Origin: Raillietiella orientalis
Taxonomy: Eukaryota
Length of the DNA: 64,000 bases
Direction: 5' to 3'
Assembly (NCBI GenBank): GCA_036172245.1
Contig: JAYWIR010000019.1
Location: 2,790,001 to 2,854,000 of the forward strand
Shown: piece after piece, positions 26,801-39,000 of the stretch
Layout: every line of letters begins with the position of its first letter
Numbering within the stretch: position 1 is the first letter of the stretch
Translations under genes and position numbers: made by a program
Notes under the pieces: model-generated
Told to the model about the DNA's origin: nothing
The model's database searches: none
What the model saw: only the letters and a program-made list of their open reading frames with translations

Positions 26801-27367
26801 CAACAAGATCGCGGCTTCTTCATTGTCTGCTGCTATGGCTGGAAATGGATAGAGGAAGCGAGTGGGCTGGAGATCAAGAAGTTTTCTTTGGATAGGGGAA
26901 AGGGGTGGATGCAAGGAAGAGAAGAGTTGCGAATGGCATAATTGGCTTGTTGGATCTTTTGGATCTTGTTAGATAAAGAATGGACGGAAAGGTAATCTGC
27001 GTAGGTTTCTCTTGGTTCCTCCTCTGCAACCATCTTCCCATGAGTTATTAATATCATTATGTACACCAATAATGTAATCAATCATACCCGAATATAATAC
27101 TACATAAATTTACTATTCCCATATATGTACATACATACGCACACAACAATCTTCGCGATTAAGCCCCTTCGTGAAGTGCAGCCGTTCCGTGGAGATGTCC
27201 AGGGGTGAACAAGAAGAGCCCCGAAGTGCAGTTGTTCCATAGAAATGTCCAGCTGCTAGGTTTAATTACTAATACGGCAGAAATATACGCGTTAAGTTTC
27301 GGATTTCATTGCGCTTGGGCTGTTACAGCAAGTTGTAGTACATGCGATTGTGACTACAATGGGTTTG

Positions 27368-27515
27368 CAACGGTACGAATGCAACGAATTCGGAAATTCG
27401 GGGCACGAATGAGACCCCGTTCCCGACTGCCAACCGTTGGTTCGTCTTCCTGCGGAACCCTCTAGGAGCTTGACTGGCGTTCACTCGCGGGCGGAAAACC
27501 CGGCTGCACCCAAAT
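27368..27515 (+). repeat. ~150 bp direct repeat, copy 1 (copy 2 at 29047-29205)
   Basis: Shared acgaattcggaaattcgg, gttcgtcttcctgcggaaccctc and cttgactggcgttca blocks. Confidence 0.88.
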
Positions 27516-28035
27516 GTGGTGGCACCCCCTGGAAGCTCCTGTGGGACCGTCTCGCGACGGATTCCTCGACAGCGAAGGTCCACAATGCTGCACAGACGGC
27601 CAGAAGATCGCGCGCGAGCACTTTCAGTGCGGTGCTGAAACGGTCGCAGGGCGTGCATGATCCGGGGGGGGGATGCGAAAGTCGCAGCAAGAAGTGGCAG
27701 GGCAGAAGAAGCGATGTGGGGTCTTTCGCCTCGGAACGGCCGAGAGGTCCGTCGAAAGGATTCGCCCGTTCTTCCTGAGTTGTTCCGCGCGGTCCGAGCG
27801 CCGTCCGCCTGCGGCTCGTCTTCGAGCGTGCTGCGGAGCGTTGGCGACGCGCATCTTTCCTTAAGGGAGTTGCGGGCGGGGTGGTGGCGGCGATTCATCG
27901 TTCGGTCACCACCAGTCGAACACCATCCTGCCGCCAGCATCGTTGCGTGGATTTCCTTGCGCGTCCCCGCATCGTTCGGTGCTTCTCCACGTGCGCGCGC
28001 GGAAGTGCCGGCCTCTAAACGTTTTGTATTCGTAG

Positions 28036-28190
28036 GTCCTCCTGCTTTCCCTGGACCAACAGAAATCCACCTTACTGAAAGACAACCTGTCCGTCCACAG
28101 CTTCGCCACGCAGGCTGCTCCAAGCGATTCCTCGCATTTCAAAAGTTTCGTCTCCCATCTTTACAAACTGTGGGATGAATTGTACGTTAG
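28036..28190 (+). CDS. klar: Klarsicht-like protein, spectrin-repeat-like exon (VLLLSLDQQKSTLLKDNLSVHSF...FKSFVSHLYKLWDELYVR); not present in the ORF track
   Basis: Acceptor ttttgtattcgtag| and donor TAG|gtaagg; 155 nt, phase 0 to 2, exactly bridging exon 13688 (phase 0) and exon 29642 (phase 2). 'LYxLWDE' is a typical spectrin-repeat helix C. Confidence 0.8.
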
Positions 28191-29046
28191 GTAAGGTTGG
28201 TCAAGCAATCCCGTCTGACGCTTTCAGGCGCAAGGGAGATAAAAAAAAAAAAAAAAAGAAGAAGAGGAAGCAAAAGCAGTCGCAGCTGCGCTCGCGTTTA
28301 CGTGGGGTTAATCGGTATATGGTAAATTAACAACTGCTTTGCATAAATCTGCATGAATTAACGTGTGAAAGTATGCACGCTCGGGCGGCGCCATTGTCTG
28401 TCGCGGCAGGAAGATCTTGCGACGGTTTTGTTTCACGAACCTTTCGAATTGTCCTAATCTAAGCCGAGGTGGGAAGAAAGCGCCAGGGAAAAAGGAAAAC
28501 GGAGGAACTCTTTTGTTGCATTCTGCGTGTCCTGGATTCCGTTGGCCATCTCGGCCCAGCATCACCGGAGCACTCACGACTCCAGTCGTTCTTTTGTTTT
28601 GCATGATGAGGAGAGCGTGAGAGTGGGGAAGGCGTGTTTTTTTTTTTTTTTGAGGAGGGCGGGGGGAAGACTTCAAAGGAGTATTTCTCACACTGCGAGA
28701 GTCCAGGTACAGCTGATTAGGGAGGCTGGTTTTGTTTGCGCTCCAGGGTCGCGAGGTTTCGTTCCCGAGCCAGCCGCCTTCCCGTCGGAAGCGTCAGCAT
28801 GCGCGTCCCCGGAGTGGGCTGCATTCTCGACGCGGGGTCGGGCGGCGGAAGACCTTCGTCATCCACACGGTAAAGAACTTCCTTCCTTCGCGGCTCTCGG
28901 TTGACGAACGGACGCGAACTGCGAGCGTCGCGCGACACATCTCTCTCGAACTGTCCCCTGTGTTCGAGATGGATAGGCTTGCTCCTCCCAACTCATCCCA
29001 CATTCTTGGATCCACCCCCTTCTCCCCCACCTAAAAAAAAAAAAGA

Positions 29047-29205
29047 CAACGGAACGAATGCAACAAGAATCACGAACGAATTCGGAAATTCGGAGCACGG
29101 ATGAGACTCCGTTCCTCGACTACCGAGCGTTAGTTCGTCTTCCTGCGGAACCCTCGAGGAACTTGACTGGCGTTCAGCTCAGCGGAAACCCGGCAGCATC
29201 CAAAT
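29047..29205 (+). repeat. ~150 bp direct repeat, copy 2
   Basis: See copy 1; carries a short insertion after aatgcaac. Confidence 0.88.
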
Positions 29206-29641
29206 CAGCATCCAAGCGAACTCCGCCCAATGCTCTTTCGTGGTTCTCCCTCTCGGGGCTTCCTGCTTCCTTCTTGGAACGAAAGATCTTCTGCGAAAGG
29301 AAATGACCGGATGTCTCTCTCATCCGCCGTTGTCGGCAGCTGAGCTCTTGTTCGCTAGGCAGTCAGTCAGTCGGCAGGGAGAGTTTCCCAGCGATGATTT
29401 CGCCGTTGGCTCTCGGAAATCTTCAGGAACCTTTTCTTCTTGTTGTTGCTCTTGTTGTCGTTATTCCTGCAAGCGAGCATTCGACGAGATGCCGAGACCT
29501 TTGCGCATCGTTCCGCGTTGCCGCGGATGGATGGGTGGATGACGGCGGTGTAGGCGGTGGTGCCGCGCGACCCACGTTCTAAGAAAAGCATGCGAATCTC
29601 CAGCCAAGGGCGAGCCCACTTCCCTTTCCCTCTCCCTGCAG

Positions 29642-29795
29642 GATCCACGTACAGATCGACACCTTGCAAAACGTCCACCGCGTGTGGGAGGAGCACGAAA
29701 CTCAGCTGGAAAAGCTTTCCGCCGTCCTGGATGCCGATGAGGAAAGTTTGAAGCGAATCCATCTGAGGAATGGTCCCCCTCTCTGCGCGGAAAAG
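29642..29795 (+). CDS. klar: Klarsicht-like protein, penultimate exon (IHVQIDTLQNVHRVWEEHETQLEKLSAVLDADEESLKRI...)
   Basis: Strong acceptor ccctttccctctccctgcag| and donor AAG|gtaagc; 154 nt, phase 2 to 0; helical peptide with a conserved-looking Trp. Confidence 0.85.
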
Positions 29796-30058
29796 GTAAG
29801 CAAAGGTCGTCCGCGCTCCCGAAACTCCACCAGGAGTCTGTTCTTCAGGCGATCGTCGGAGGTGTGGAAGAGAAAGTCTGTCTTCTCGGAGTGGTCGGGC
29901 TGGAAGAGATCGGCCAGAGGGAATTCGCGCTTGCGGAGCTGCGCCTCTCCTCCCAGAAACTGCTCTCGACCCTGTCTCCTGACGCGCAAGCGTGCCAGCA
30001 GTTAAACGAGGTGAGGTGAACACGAGAAGGAGTCAGCCGTCCTCACAGGGAACTGTAG

Positions 30059-30343
30059 ATGCTGGAGAACGTTTCCCGGAAGCTGAACCGGTTGCAGAGG
30101 ACCTGCAGGAGCATGCTCTTCGAAAGGTCACTACTCAGGGATATGGACGCGGACGCTGTGGCCAAGCGTCGGAGAAGTCGCTGGAGCATTTGGAGAGTGA
30201 TACGATCCTCTCTTCCGTTCCAAATCTTGCTCCTCATCTCCCTGTGTTTGGCTTATTTTTTGCAACCCCGTTGTTGCAGCTACGTGAACAATTTTTCCCT
30301 CCAAATGCAGCTGATGTACCCGAATGGCTCTCCACCAGTTTGA
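30059..30343 (+). CDS. klar: Klarsicht-like protein, terminal exon encoding the KASH domain (basic patch, TM helix, lumenal tail PRCCSYVNNFSLQMQLMYPNGSPPV*)
   Basis: WRVIRSSLPFQILLLISLCLAYFL transmembrane segment, followed by a 26-aa tail with CC, NNF and LxYxNGxPPx-stop, which is the KASH signature. Acceptor ctgtag|ATG is phase 0; tandem AATAAA lies 80 nt after the stop. Confidence 0.93.
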   Translation: MLENVSRKLNRLQRTCRSMLFERSLLRDMDADAVAKRRRSRWSIWRVIRSSLPFQILLLISLCLAYFLQPRCCSYVNNFSLQMQLMYPNGSPPV

Positions 30344-30422
30344 TTCTCAGGGTCCAGGGCCCATCCAGCATCCAGCTTTCTGGATGCCGACTCCGGGATG
30401 TAAAAAATGCATCCTATTTTGT

Positions 30423-30433
30423 AATAAAATAAA
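30423..30433 (+). terminator. Overlapping double AATAAA polyadenylation signal of the klarsicht-like gene
   Basis: aataaaataaa 80 nt downstream of the KASH stop codon, with T-rich sequence further downstream. Confidence 0.6.
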
Positions 30434-32528
30434 CCATGATTTCTCGCCTGCGAATACTGGATTTTCCTTTTGGATGGGCGCTTGCTTTCGTGACTTGGGA
30501 AAGTGACGTCACGGCGTAATTGGCGATTGCGTAATCGTCCCTACGGAAACGCAAGCGCGCGTCAGGGTTCTGCCAAATAATCCGGAAGATCGTCGCTTCG
30601 ACTGCTGATTGCTGTTTCCTCCCTCTCAATCCCCTGTTGGATTTCAACGGCGGGGCACGGGACCGGAACACACATCTGGATTGCGGATCCTCGTGCTGCG
30701 AAACACGTTTCATCACCAGGTCCCGTCTCTCGAAAATCGCTCCCAGGTTCAGTGCGAAGAGACGCAGACTCTCGTCGTGCCTTCCTTTTTTTTCTTTTTT
30801 CTTTTCTGCCTTCTCGTTTTTCTGCTTCGTTTGCTCCGCTGTCCTCGGTGACCGTGTTTGGGAGACGTGCGAAGCTGTCACCCGGCGTGGACCCGCTGAC
30901 GTCACGGAGCGCACTGGGCGCTGTTTGCTCCTCGTTCGCGATTTATCACTCGAGTGTTCGTTATTGCAGCAGGACAGGCGATCTGTTCCATCTTCCCGTC
31001 CTGAAGCGTCAGAGAAAGTAAGTGCGGCATCTTGCTCCAGCATCAGTGGTACCGGCAGCGTAGTGTCTTCCGCGGCCCCCCCCCTCCTTTATCGATATTT
31101 TCCCTCTTCGCCAGAGCGCGCAGCTGCCCTCCGGTCCATTCCACTGTAACAGCAGACGGTCGGATCGAATAAAGGTGTTGTGTGAGAGGAATAAAGGTGT
31201 TGTTTCAGCTCAGTCTTCCAAGGGCTCCTGGAAGTCGTCGGGCCGCTTTCCACGCGTCTCGGATGCTCCTCCTGCTCTGGGCGGTGCGCTTCGTGGTCCT
31301 TCGGAAAAGCTTCGAGTGCCGAATGCCGGCGCGCTGTCCTTCCCACCCATGCGATCTTTAAATTATGAAGTTCCGCGGCGAGGCTTTGGTTTTATTTGCA
31401 TAATTTAAGGGGTGATTCGGGAATCTTGTTCCAGGTGAAATCCGATTATCATCTGATCCCGATACAATCGTTATCAGAGGCTTCTCGGGAATTTCACTGA
31501 TTTATCTCAGTTTCCTTTGTCACAAGTGATTCAGAGCTCCGCGTAAATTTCGTTTGGGAGCACCACAGTGAGTGCCTTGCCAGTTCGTTACACAGCACAA
31601 AGAAGGCTAATTGAAACCGGGAAGAGTTATGTGAGCTGATGAGCCTCATAAAGGCTGAGTTGAAATCGGTGTGCATCTTTCTTTCTTTTTTTTTGTCCTA
31701 ATAAAACACGTAAGCGTCGTTCGCCTCCTCTATGTGCATTCTCCTCCTCCCCGCCCCCCCTTCCCTGTCCTATTTTCGCACTCAGCAGCACTTTTTTTTT
31801 GTTTAATGGGTTCTTCCCATCTTCTGATTTTCCCGTACGCATCCATGAAAACTCTCGGAGAGTAACTGTAGTAGCAGTAGCAGCAGTAAGTAAACGACGA
31901 GTGCTCTGCGCGCTGTGTTTTTTATTTATGGAAAGTGTGTGCGCGCGCGCGCGCGCGCTCGTTTCCTCCCGCTCATGAATACGAGATATCATAAAATATT
32001 AATGATTGCAATCACCGTTCCGAATTTTCGCTCACCCAGTCATCTGTCATCCATCGCCTATTTATCGCCCTTGTTTCACTTTCTGTCGTTTCATGCATAC
32101 CGTCCGACCCACAGCTTCTTTGAAGCTGTTAAGGAGGAGACTCGAAGCTACCGTTTCTTGCACACCTATCAATCACTGTTACTCTTCGCCTGCGTTGTAT
32201 TCTTCATCCCCATATCAGATTCCTGTAATGCTCTGGAATCTGCATCCACAGGCTGCTCCTTTTCAACTGCTCTTTTCCTGAAGAGTCTAGCTGGACGCAA
32301 ATGCTAAGATCAGCCACAGAGATGTGCTGCATGTGCCCGTCGCGAGGAGCTACAAAAGGCTGCGGTTCCGACTTCTGGCACTGTGCTGAAAATTATGAAC
32401 CCTTCCTTGATGGGCTCCGGCATGGCGCACCCTTCGGCGATGCGCTGGAAGCGAAGGACTGCTTTCGCTGCTTCCTCGCCGCCAACTCTTCATCCGAATC
32501 CCTTTATCCTGTGTCGATCATTTAACAT

Positions 32529-33754
32529 GGATCGAAGACAACCAATCGCCGTGCCTTTGCGGGGGCATGAGAGCAGCGAGTTCTTTCGGGCGGGGGCAGC
32601 TCGCCGGAGGGCGGGCGGCCGTGGACGGGAGGAACCTTCCTTGGTATGCCCGATGCGTCATCGCACGGTTCTGGTACTCCGAGCGACGAACGGCCTTCTC
32701 CTGCCTGCCCTCTCTCGAAGGCATGGAGGTTTCCCTCCCGAAGTCTCACGGGGGGAAGGCGATGCGTCCCTGCAGTCCCGTTTGCTTTCCCCCTTTCCGT
32801 CTGCCGCTCCCGAGACCGGAACGCCTGGCGGCGCTCGAGTCCCGGATGGCCACTTTGGAAGTGCGTCCGCTGCAGAAACTTCTATTCAAACCGCTCGGAA
32901 ATGCTTTGCAGGATTGGACGCAGCGGTCCCGGGTAGCTGTCTCGCTTTTCGCCGCGGCACTGCCTGCCCTCGGGGCAAGCAACAACAGCGAGGGCCAGCC
33001 TCTGGAAGGATGGGCGTTGTCCTGCAACATTGAGAGAGTCGAGAGACTCCTCGAACAACAGCCAGACGGCTGAGTTGGTGGACGGCCTCACTTCTCGTTC
33101 CCGGATGAAGGGACTCCTTCGGTGGAGGAGCGACCTACCCGGTGTGCCCCCTCCTTCCCTTCCGAAGAACTCGTGGGTCCCTTCCCTGTGTGCGGACACC
33201 TCCGCGTTCCCGCTGCCTTGGAAACGGGGCGTCCCGCTGCTTCCTCTCTGGGAAGAATCGCAGCTCAGACACCCGGTTTCCGGAGGAGTTGCCTCCCGAA
33301 CTGCTCCAGGTGAGATGGATGGGCTGCGGTGCCCTGGAGGATACGTGGAGGAGACTCGCTCTGTCGCTCCGCCACCCGGAGGACACCGCTGCGGACTTTC
33401 TGCGGCGCTTCTTCGCGCAAGGTGGACCGACGGCCGGCGCCGTGGTGGCAACGAGATGCTGCATCCTCCTCGCCATAGCATCAGTCCGCTCCGCGACGGA
33501 GTCTCGTTTGCAGAAGAGGGAGGTCGCCAGCATGGCAGATAGGAACGACCTCGAGGTGGAGTCAGCTGCAAGAAGAAGCCGCCAGGGATATCGCCAGCTT
33601 CGGCTTCAGCTCCAGGTCCAGGAAGAAAGGAGTAGCTCAAGCCAAAGATCCCTTTCCCTACCCTACCGTGCTTTTTTCTTTTATTTACGGTCCCTTCTCT
33701 CCGTTTGAAACTTCCATAGAAGCTGGCCTGCGTGCCGATGGTCATCCCTAATAA
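32529..33754 (+). repeat. 1,226-bp near-identical duplication, copy 1 (gene-like content, unknown product)
   Basis: Collinear with 40079-41304 at constant offset 7550; I saw only 4 substitutions (32783, 33706, 33727, 33749). Confidence 0.96.
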
Positions 33755-35399
33755 GCTTGTTTTTTATGAATTATAATTTATTTATTTTTAAATAAACGTT
33801 CCTACGTGATTGGGGACAACCACAAAAGACTTTCGCGCAGTGGGAGATCGAAAGCGTTTGTACAAGAAAACTTTGTTCGTACTTGTCTTGTACTCTGTGG
33901 CCGAAATTACTTCGAAACGTGAAAACACGGATGAGGCTTGCCCGTCCTGCTTCAACGGGGCGGAATGGATGCTTTCTACTCTCCCTGAGGTCACCGGAAT
34001 GCCTCGAGGGTGTTCGAGTTTTCGAAAGCAAAGTTGGAAAGGTCTTCCTGGAAGCAGGCATCGGCCAACGCCCACTTTCCCCTCTTGAGCCAACTTGGAA
34101 CGCCCAGAGATGGGCACCGCAGATTTCAGCCCACCACATCTCTTCCAGCAGAGCAGCAATCGGCATGTTTCTTTAGTAGGGAACGGCATCAGGAGATCTC
34201 CCTCCAGCCGTGGCTTAAAGAATGACCCTTCCTCATCCTGCCTCCTTGGACTGGCACTAAGTTGAGGGTAACACGGGCAACTAAATGACTAGACTCTGCG
34301 TTCAAGTCCGCTCCTCGACCGACAGGCAGCATCGGGAGAGAGCGGCAGACAACTCCCCCGTTGCCAGCATCATTTGCTTTCGTTCTCTTGCAAAAGCTCA
34401 GTGGCATGGGGATCCAAATCGGACGGCAGATCGGTGACCTCTTCAGTGACCTCGCCTCTCAATAAAGCTGATGTGCGAAGCCCCGAGAAATCCTTTCCCC
34501 CCTTCCCTCTCCTCTTCTTCGGTTGCCCTCTTGCCCGATTGTTCCGAGAAAGGCCAAAACAGCCGAATTTTCGGTCATCATGGTGGTGGGAAAGGCAGGA
34601 GGAGAGAGTGGAGGATTGCAAGGTTCCGGCAGGTGGGAAATGCTCAGCAGCAGCAGCAGCGCTGTCCTGTATCTTCCACAGCAGGATTCTGCGTTTCAGT
34701 GCCAGATTTACGTGTGTACTTGCGTGTGCTCCGGGGCACGTTCTCTCGCTGCTTTCGTACCTGGTAGAGGTCAAGTGATGGCTTAACAAAGAAGAAAAAG
34801 AGACCTAATGCTCTTGATGGCGTTGCTTACCGGCTGGTGCCCAAGGCGATCTGCAAGATGGAGAGATTCAAATCGATGCTTTCTTTCGCTGGTGCCACTC
34901 CTTCTGAGCTGCCTTGGTCAGTCGCCGCGCACCCTTGCGCTCTCATAGTTCTCGTTCTTGCGCGCGAAGATCGGCGCGCGAAGGAAAAAAAAAAAAGGAA
35001 AAAAGGAATGAAGGAAAAAAAAGCACGGTCGCAGCCTCTTCGCTTCCTTGGGTGCTTCCGACGTGTTTGATCACAATGGAGCTAAGTACACTCGAGGTTA
35101 TGGGGCATCAATCCATAGCCATAAACCATTCCGTGTGTTACTCGGGCTTAGGACGTGCGTGGTTGCTGCGCATGCATCTGGAGCCGAGCTCGGGAAGGCG
35201 AGGCCCGCAGCCGAACCATAAAAGAAATCTGCTAAAAAGCTCGGCCGCGCGGCTCTGACTCGCGCCCTTCTTGCATTATCGCCTCCGAGGCTGCTTTTGG
35301 CCGCTTCGTCCTGCGCCTTCCCTGCCTCCCCAAATCGGGAATCGTTTCGGGCTCTTCCGCTGCTTTCCTTCCAATGTTTTTTTTTCCTGGTTTTATTTC

Positions 35400-36075
35400 T
35401 TTTTTTGGCTTCGTGAGGAGCACTGAAGCACCGTCCGCCTCCTCGGTGGGGAGCGCACGAAGCTCTTTAACTCTGCCCACCTCACCCCATGAGGGTGCGT
35501 GTAACTCTTCAAGTGATAGGGAGTACTCCGAGAGGGGACCACCCTAAGAATCCAGGAAGGTTCCGAAGGAAGGGCTCTGTTCCTCGCATTCCCGGGAGGG
35601 CACACCGAAAGAGATCCTCCACCCTGGTTGCCTCCGAAGGGAGGTGAACATCCTCATTCTCTACCAAAGGGTCCCTCGAAGAGGGGCAGCCCCTCGTTTC
35701 TTCTCTGAAGAGAACTCCGAAAGAATCTGCTTCTGAAATTTCTTCTCCGGAGGGAGGCCACGAGGGAACCGGCGCTCCCTGATTCCTGGAAAGATCCCGA
35801 AGGGTCGGCTTTCCTCACCCCGGCCACTCAGCGGTGGCATCCAGGGGGATTCCACCGGTGTCTCGTCGCCCAAAGCCTTGCCCATCATCTTGCAGGGGGA
35901 GGGGAGGACTCGAAACCCACGACGCACTCATTCTCCGGCGTCGATCCTCCACGTGAGGTCTCCAACCCGCAACGCTCGGTGCCACGCTCGGAGAGCGCAG
36001 CCACACAGACGCCATCGCCAGGGTCTCCCACGTTCGGGAACCGCCTCCCAAGAGTTTTTTCCTTCGCGGGCGCAC
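35400..36075 (+). repeat. Diverged 'common region' repeat family, copy A
   Basis: Shares ggaccacc..atccaggaagg, tgattcctggaa, ggactcgaaacccacga, ggcgtcgatcct and cgctcggtgccacg in the same order with 48395-48880. Boundaries approximate. Confidence 0.8.
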
Positions 36076-39000
36076 GAGAGAAATTTCCAGCTGGGGTTCC
36101 CGAGGGCGCGTCGAAAGCTCACCGTCGGCGTGTCCCGGGGTCAAATCTGCGGGATTACGACGTCCCGCGTTCCTTCCCTCCCTCCCTCGCGCTGCTGCCA
36201 CAAGAGGAACCACGTAAAAGAAGGAAGCAGAATCAAAGATTCATCCGCATCGGAGGAGGAGGATGCTTTTCTTTTCATTTGATCATTCGAGATGATTCCG
36301 GGGCGGTCTCTCCTCCACCCCGCCCCCCTTCCTCCGGGAGGGATAATCGGAAGAGGGATTAAAATGAGGGCGACAAGGGAAAGCGATTACGGAGTCCCGT
36401 CGGGAAAGCTGACGTCTCGAAAGATGACAGTTCGCGATGATGATTCCACCGGATCAGGATTTCCACATCCAGAAGGCAAGGGAGATGACGGCAGCGCCCC
36501 TCTTTGGATTCAGGCATCCTTCAGGGATTCGCAAAGGACGCTCCGTAAGGGTCCCTCCTCCCTCAGGATTTTTTTTTTTTATTTTCTTTTTGCTCTCTTC
36601 CCTTCCCTTCTGCCTATCACTCCCTACAGTTCCAAATTCTCTGGACCAGGGGGTCCAGGAAATTCAGGAGGTGAGGCTCACGGGACGCCACGTAAGGGGT
36701 ACGAGCGACCCAGGAATCAGAAACCCGGATAGGGAGCGTAGCTGGCCGAATCGACAGCACCCCAAATGCTCCTCCCTTTATTGTCACCGTCGTCGTCGTC
36801 GTCGACGCTTCTGTGCGCGGACGGATCCCCACCGTAGGAGAGGATGGACTCACGGCTTCCTGCAAGGGGTGGTGCCGAGGCGTCCAGCTCATCAGCTGGA
36901 GCCAGACGAATCAACGGAAAGCGTCCAGATCGCGTGCGCCCTCGGAACGCCTTTTCATCTTTTTTCGTCCCTGTGCTCCGGTGCAAGAGTGAGAGCACCG
37001 AGATGATGCGCCACGTTCGTCGATCCCTCTCGGACGAAGCGAGTCAAAGAACAGGGCACCCTACGTGGCGTACGGAAAGACGGGTGCGCTGACAGGTGGG
37101 ATGAGCGCTCAGCTCCCGCGTTCCGCCGCGGGCCGAGGGCGCGCGCGCGCGCATGCCGGATTGAGCCGTCGGAGAGAGAACAGCTGCAGAGCCACGCAGC
37201 GCCCCTCGCAGAGTTTTTTTTTTCTTCCTTCGTTTTTGTTTCAGGCAGTCCCGAAGCCGCTACCTGGAGGTCTCTTCGAAAGCGGGAGCGAGCAGCCGGC
37301 AAGGCTTGCAGCGACCCCCGAAGGGAAATCCTGCGCGCCAGGGACGAAACGCACGCGAATTGCACGGAACGATGCGCCGGCGTTCCTTTCGGAGTGTTCC
37401 TCCCGTCCGCCCCCATTCACCCAGGGCTGCTCCAGTCAGGATGGGAGGGAGAGGCGGAGGGTGGAAAGGCACTCGAAGGGATGGAGCAGCCGAAAGATGG
37501 AGGAAGAGGCTCGAGGCGAGCTGCTGACTGAGCTGCAGTGATAGTGGTGGCCTGGGAAGGGTGGCTGAGATGAGTTCTCCGGGGTGGGATAACTCAAAAG
37601 CAGTGGAACGCTCTACACAGGGCTCCAGAGGAGAGTGCGGAAGCAGCGGATGCCTGCAAGAGGCTGCGGGATCTCGGCTTCTCTCTCTCGACAGCAGCGG
37701 CAGTTGTGAGACACTCCAGTGAGCACCCCCTCATCCCGCCTTGTCCTGCGGTGATGGAGTTGGCTTCCTCCACCTCGACCATTTAAGAACGATTAGAAGG
37801 AGGAAACATACCTGGTCACGAGATAAAAAATCGAACGGATCCTCTGGAAATTCTGAGGAGCTGCCGGTCAAGAGGAATCCGCATGGCGTTCTGCGCGGAA
37901 ATCATCGATTGACCGGAAGCATCGAAACAGCCCTTTTCCTCCCCACTCCTGCCTCCCTTCCTCTCAGGCGACACTGGGATGTTGTGGAGGAGGCACAAGC
38001 TGCAGAGAGGAAGACGCCATGGCCACCCGCGTTCAAAGCAGAGCGTAGGGGTGCGCACCTCTTGGAGCCGCCAGAAGTCATCCTGGACGCCTGTGATGGG
38101 CAGGACAATCTCGAGGTTACCGACCCAGCCTCAATCCTGATCACGGAGCTTTGTATTGGCCCGGTCTTGTCGCTGGCTTCTTCGAAGGGGCGTCACGGCC
38201 CATTTGTATTCCTGATGTTCCGAGGCGTTCACTGAAACGTACAGAGATTCGTGGCGGGACTTCCTCTCTCACCACGCTCAGTGTACACGAAACTCACCTA
38301 GATGCCCGTAAGTGGAGACCAGCGAGATCCGCCTCAGTAGCAGTGGAAGGGAAGGAAAGGAAGAAGGCAAAAACAAAAGGAGAAAATCTCGAGGCAGGAG
38401 GTACCGTTGTGGGGCGTCCTTCGCAACCCCTGAAGGATGCTGCGCAAGTTCCATCCGTGTGGTTCCCGGATGAGGGTGTCTCGCCGCGATCCTCAACAAG
38501 CGAACGGCGAAGGGGATGGTGTGCCTGTCGTTCTGGCCTCTTTCGGCGGCGCCCCGGGTGGGAGCCGCGCCTCCACGGTCGCGCGGGTGTCAGCAAACCT
38601 GAACCCTCTTCACGGCAGTCCCGTGGGATCCGGTGAGAGGTAGGCCTCTCCGATCAGGTGCTACCCCTCAGTGATCTTCCCAGTCAGAAAGAAGGAAGCT
38701 GCTAGCGATGCGGCGGGGCCTCAAGCGACCTGCTGGACACGAGGCGCCTGTTTCCACGCGCGTTCGGTCGTGTCGACCGTTCCTCCGGCGCTGTCGTTGG
38801 TCCCCTTCCCCTCCCTCCTCCCTACAGTCTCTTCTGAAGTAGCTCCTTCCCTTCCCTCACCCCCTCCTCTGCTGCTCCCATTACGACGTCTTTTCGGTCC
38901 TTTCCTTCTTACTTTATCGGTTTCGGGGCACGTCCGTCCCCTGGAAACGACATCTCGACAGCCGAAGGGCACCCCTCCCAGACGCAAGAGATACAGAAAA

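Noticed and set aside
27259..27269. GGTTTAATTAC, the start of nematode spliced leader SL1
   Set aside because: Only 11 nt match; the rest of the leader and its donor do not follow, and I see no Sm site.
31935..31958. Alternating purine-pyrimidine (GT)n(GC)n Z-DNA-prone tract (also ~8216 and ~37138)
   Set aside because: Short microsatellites that are common in this window, with no positional pattern.
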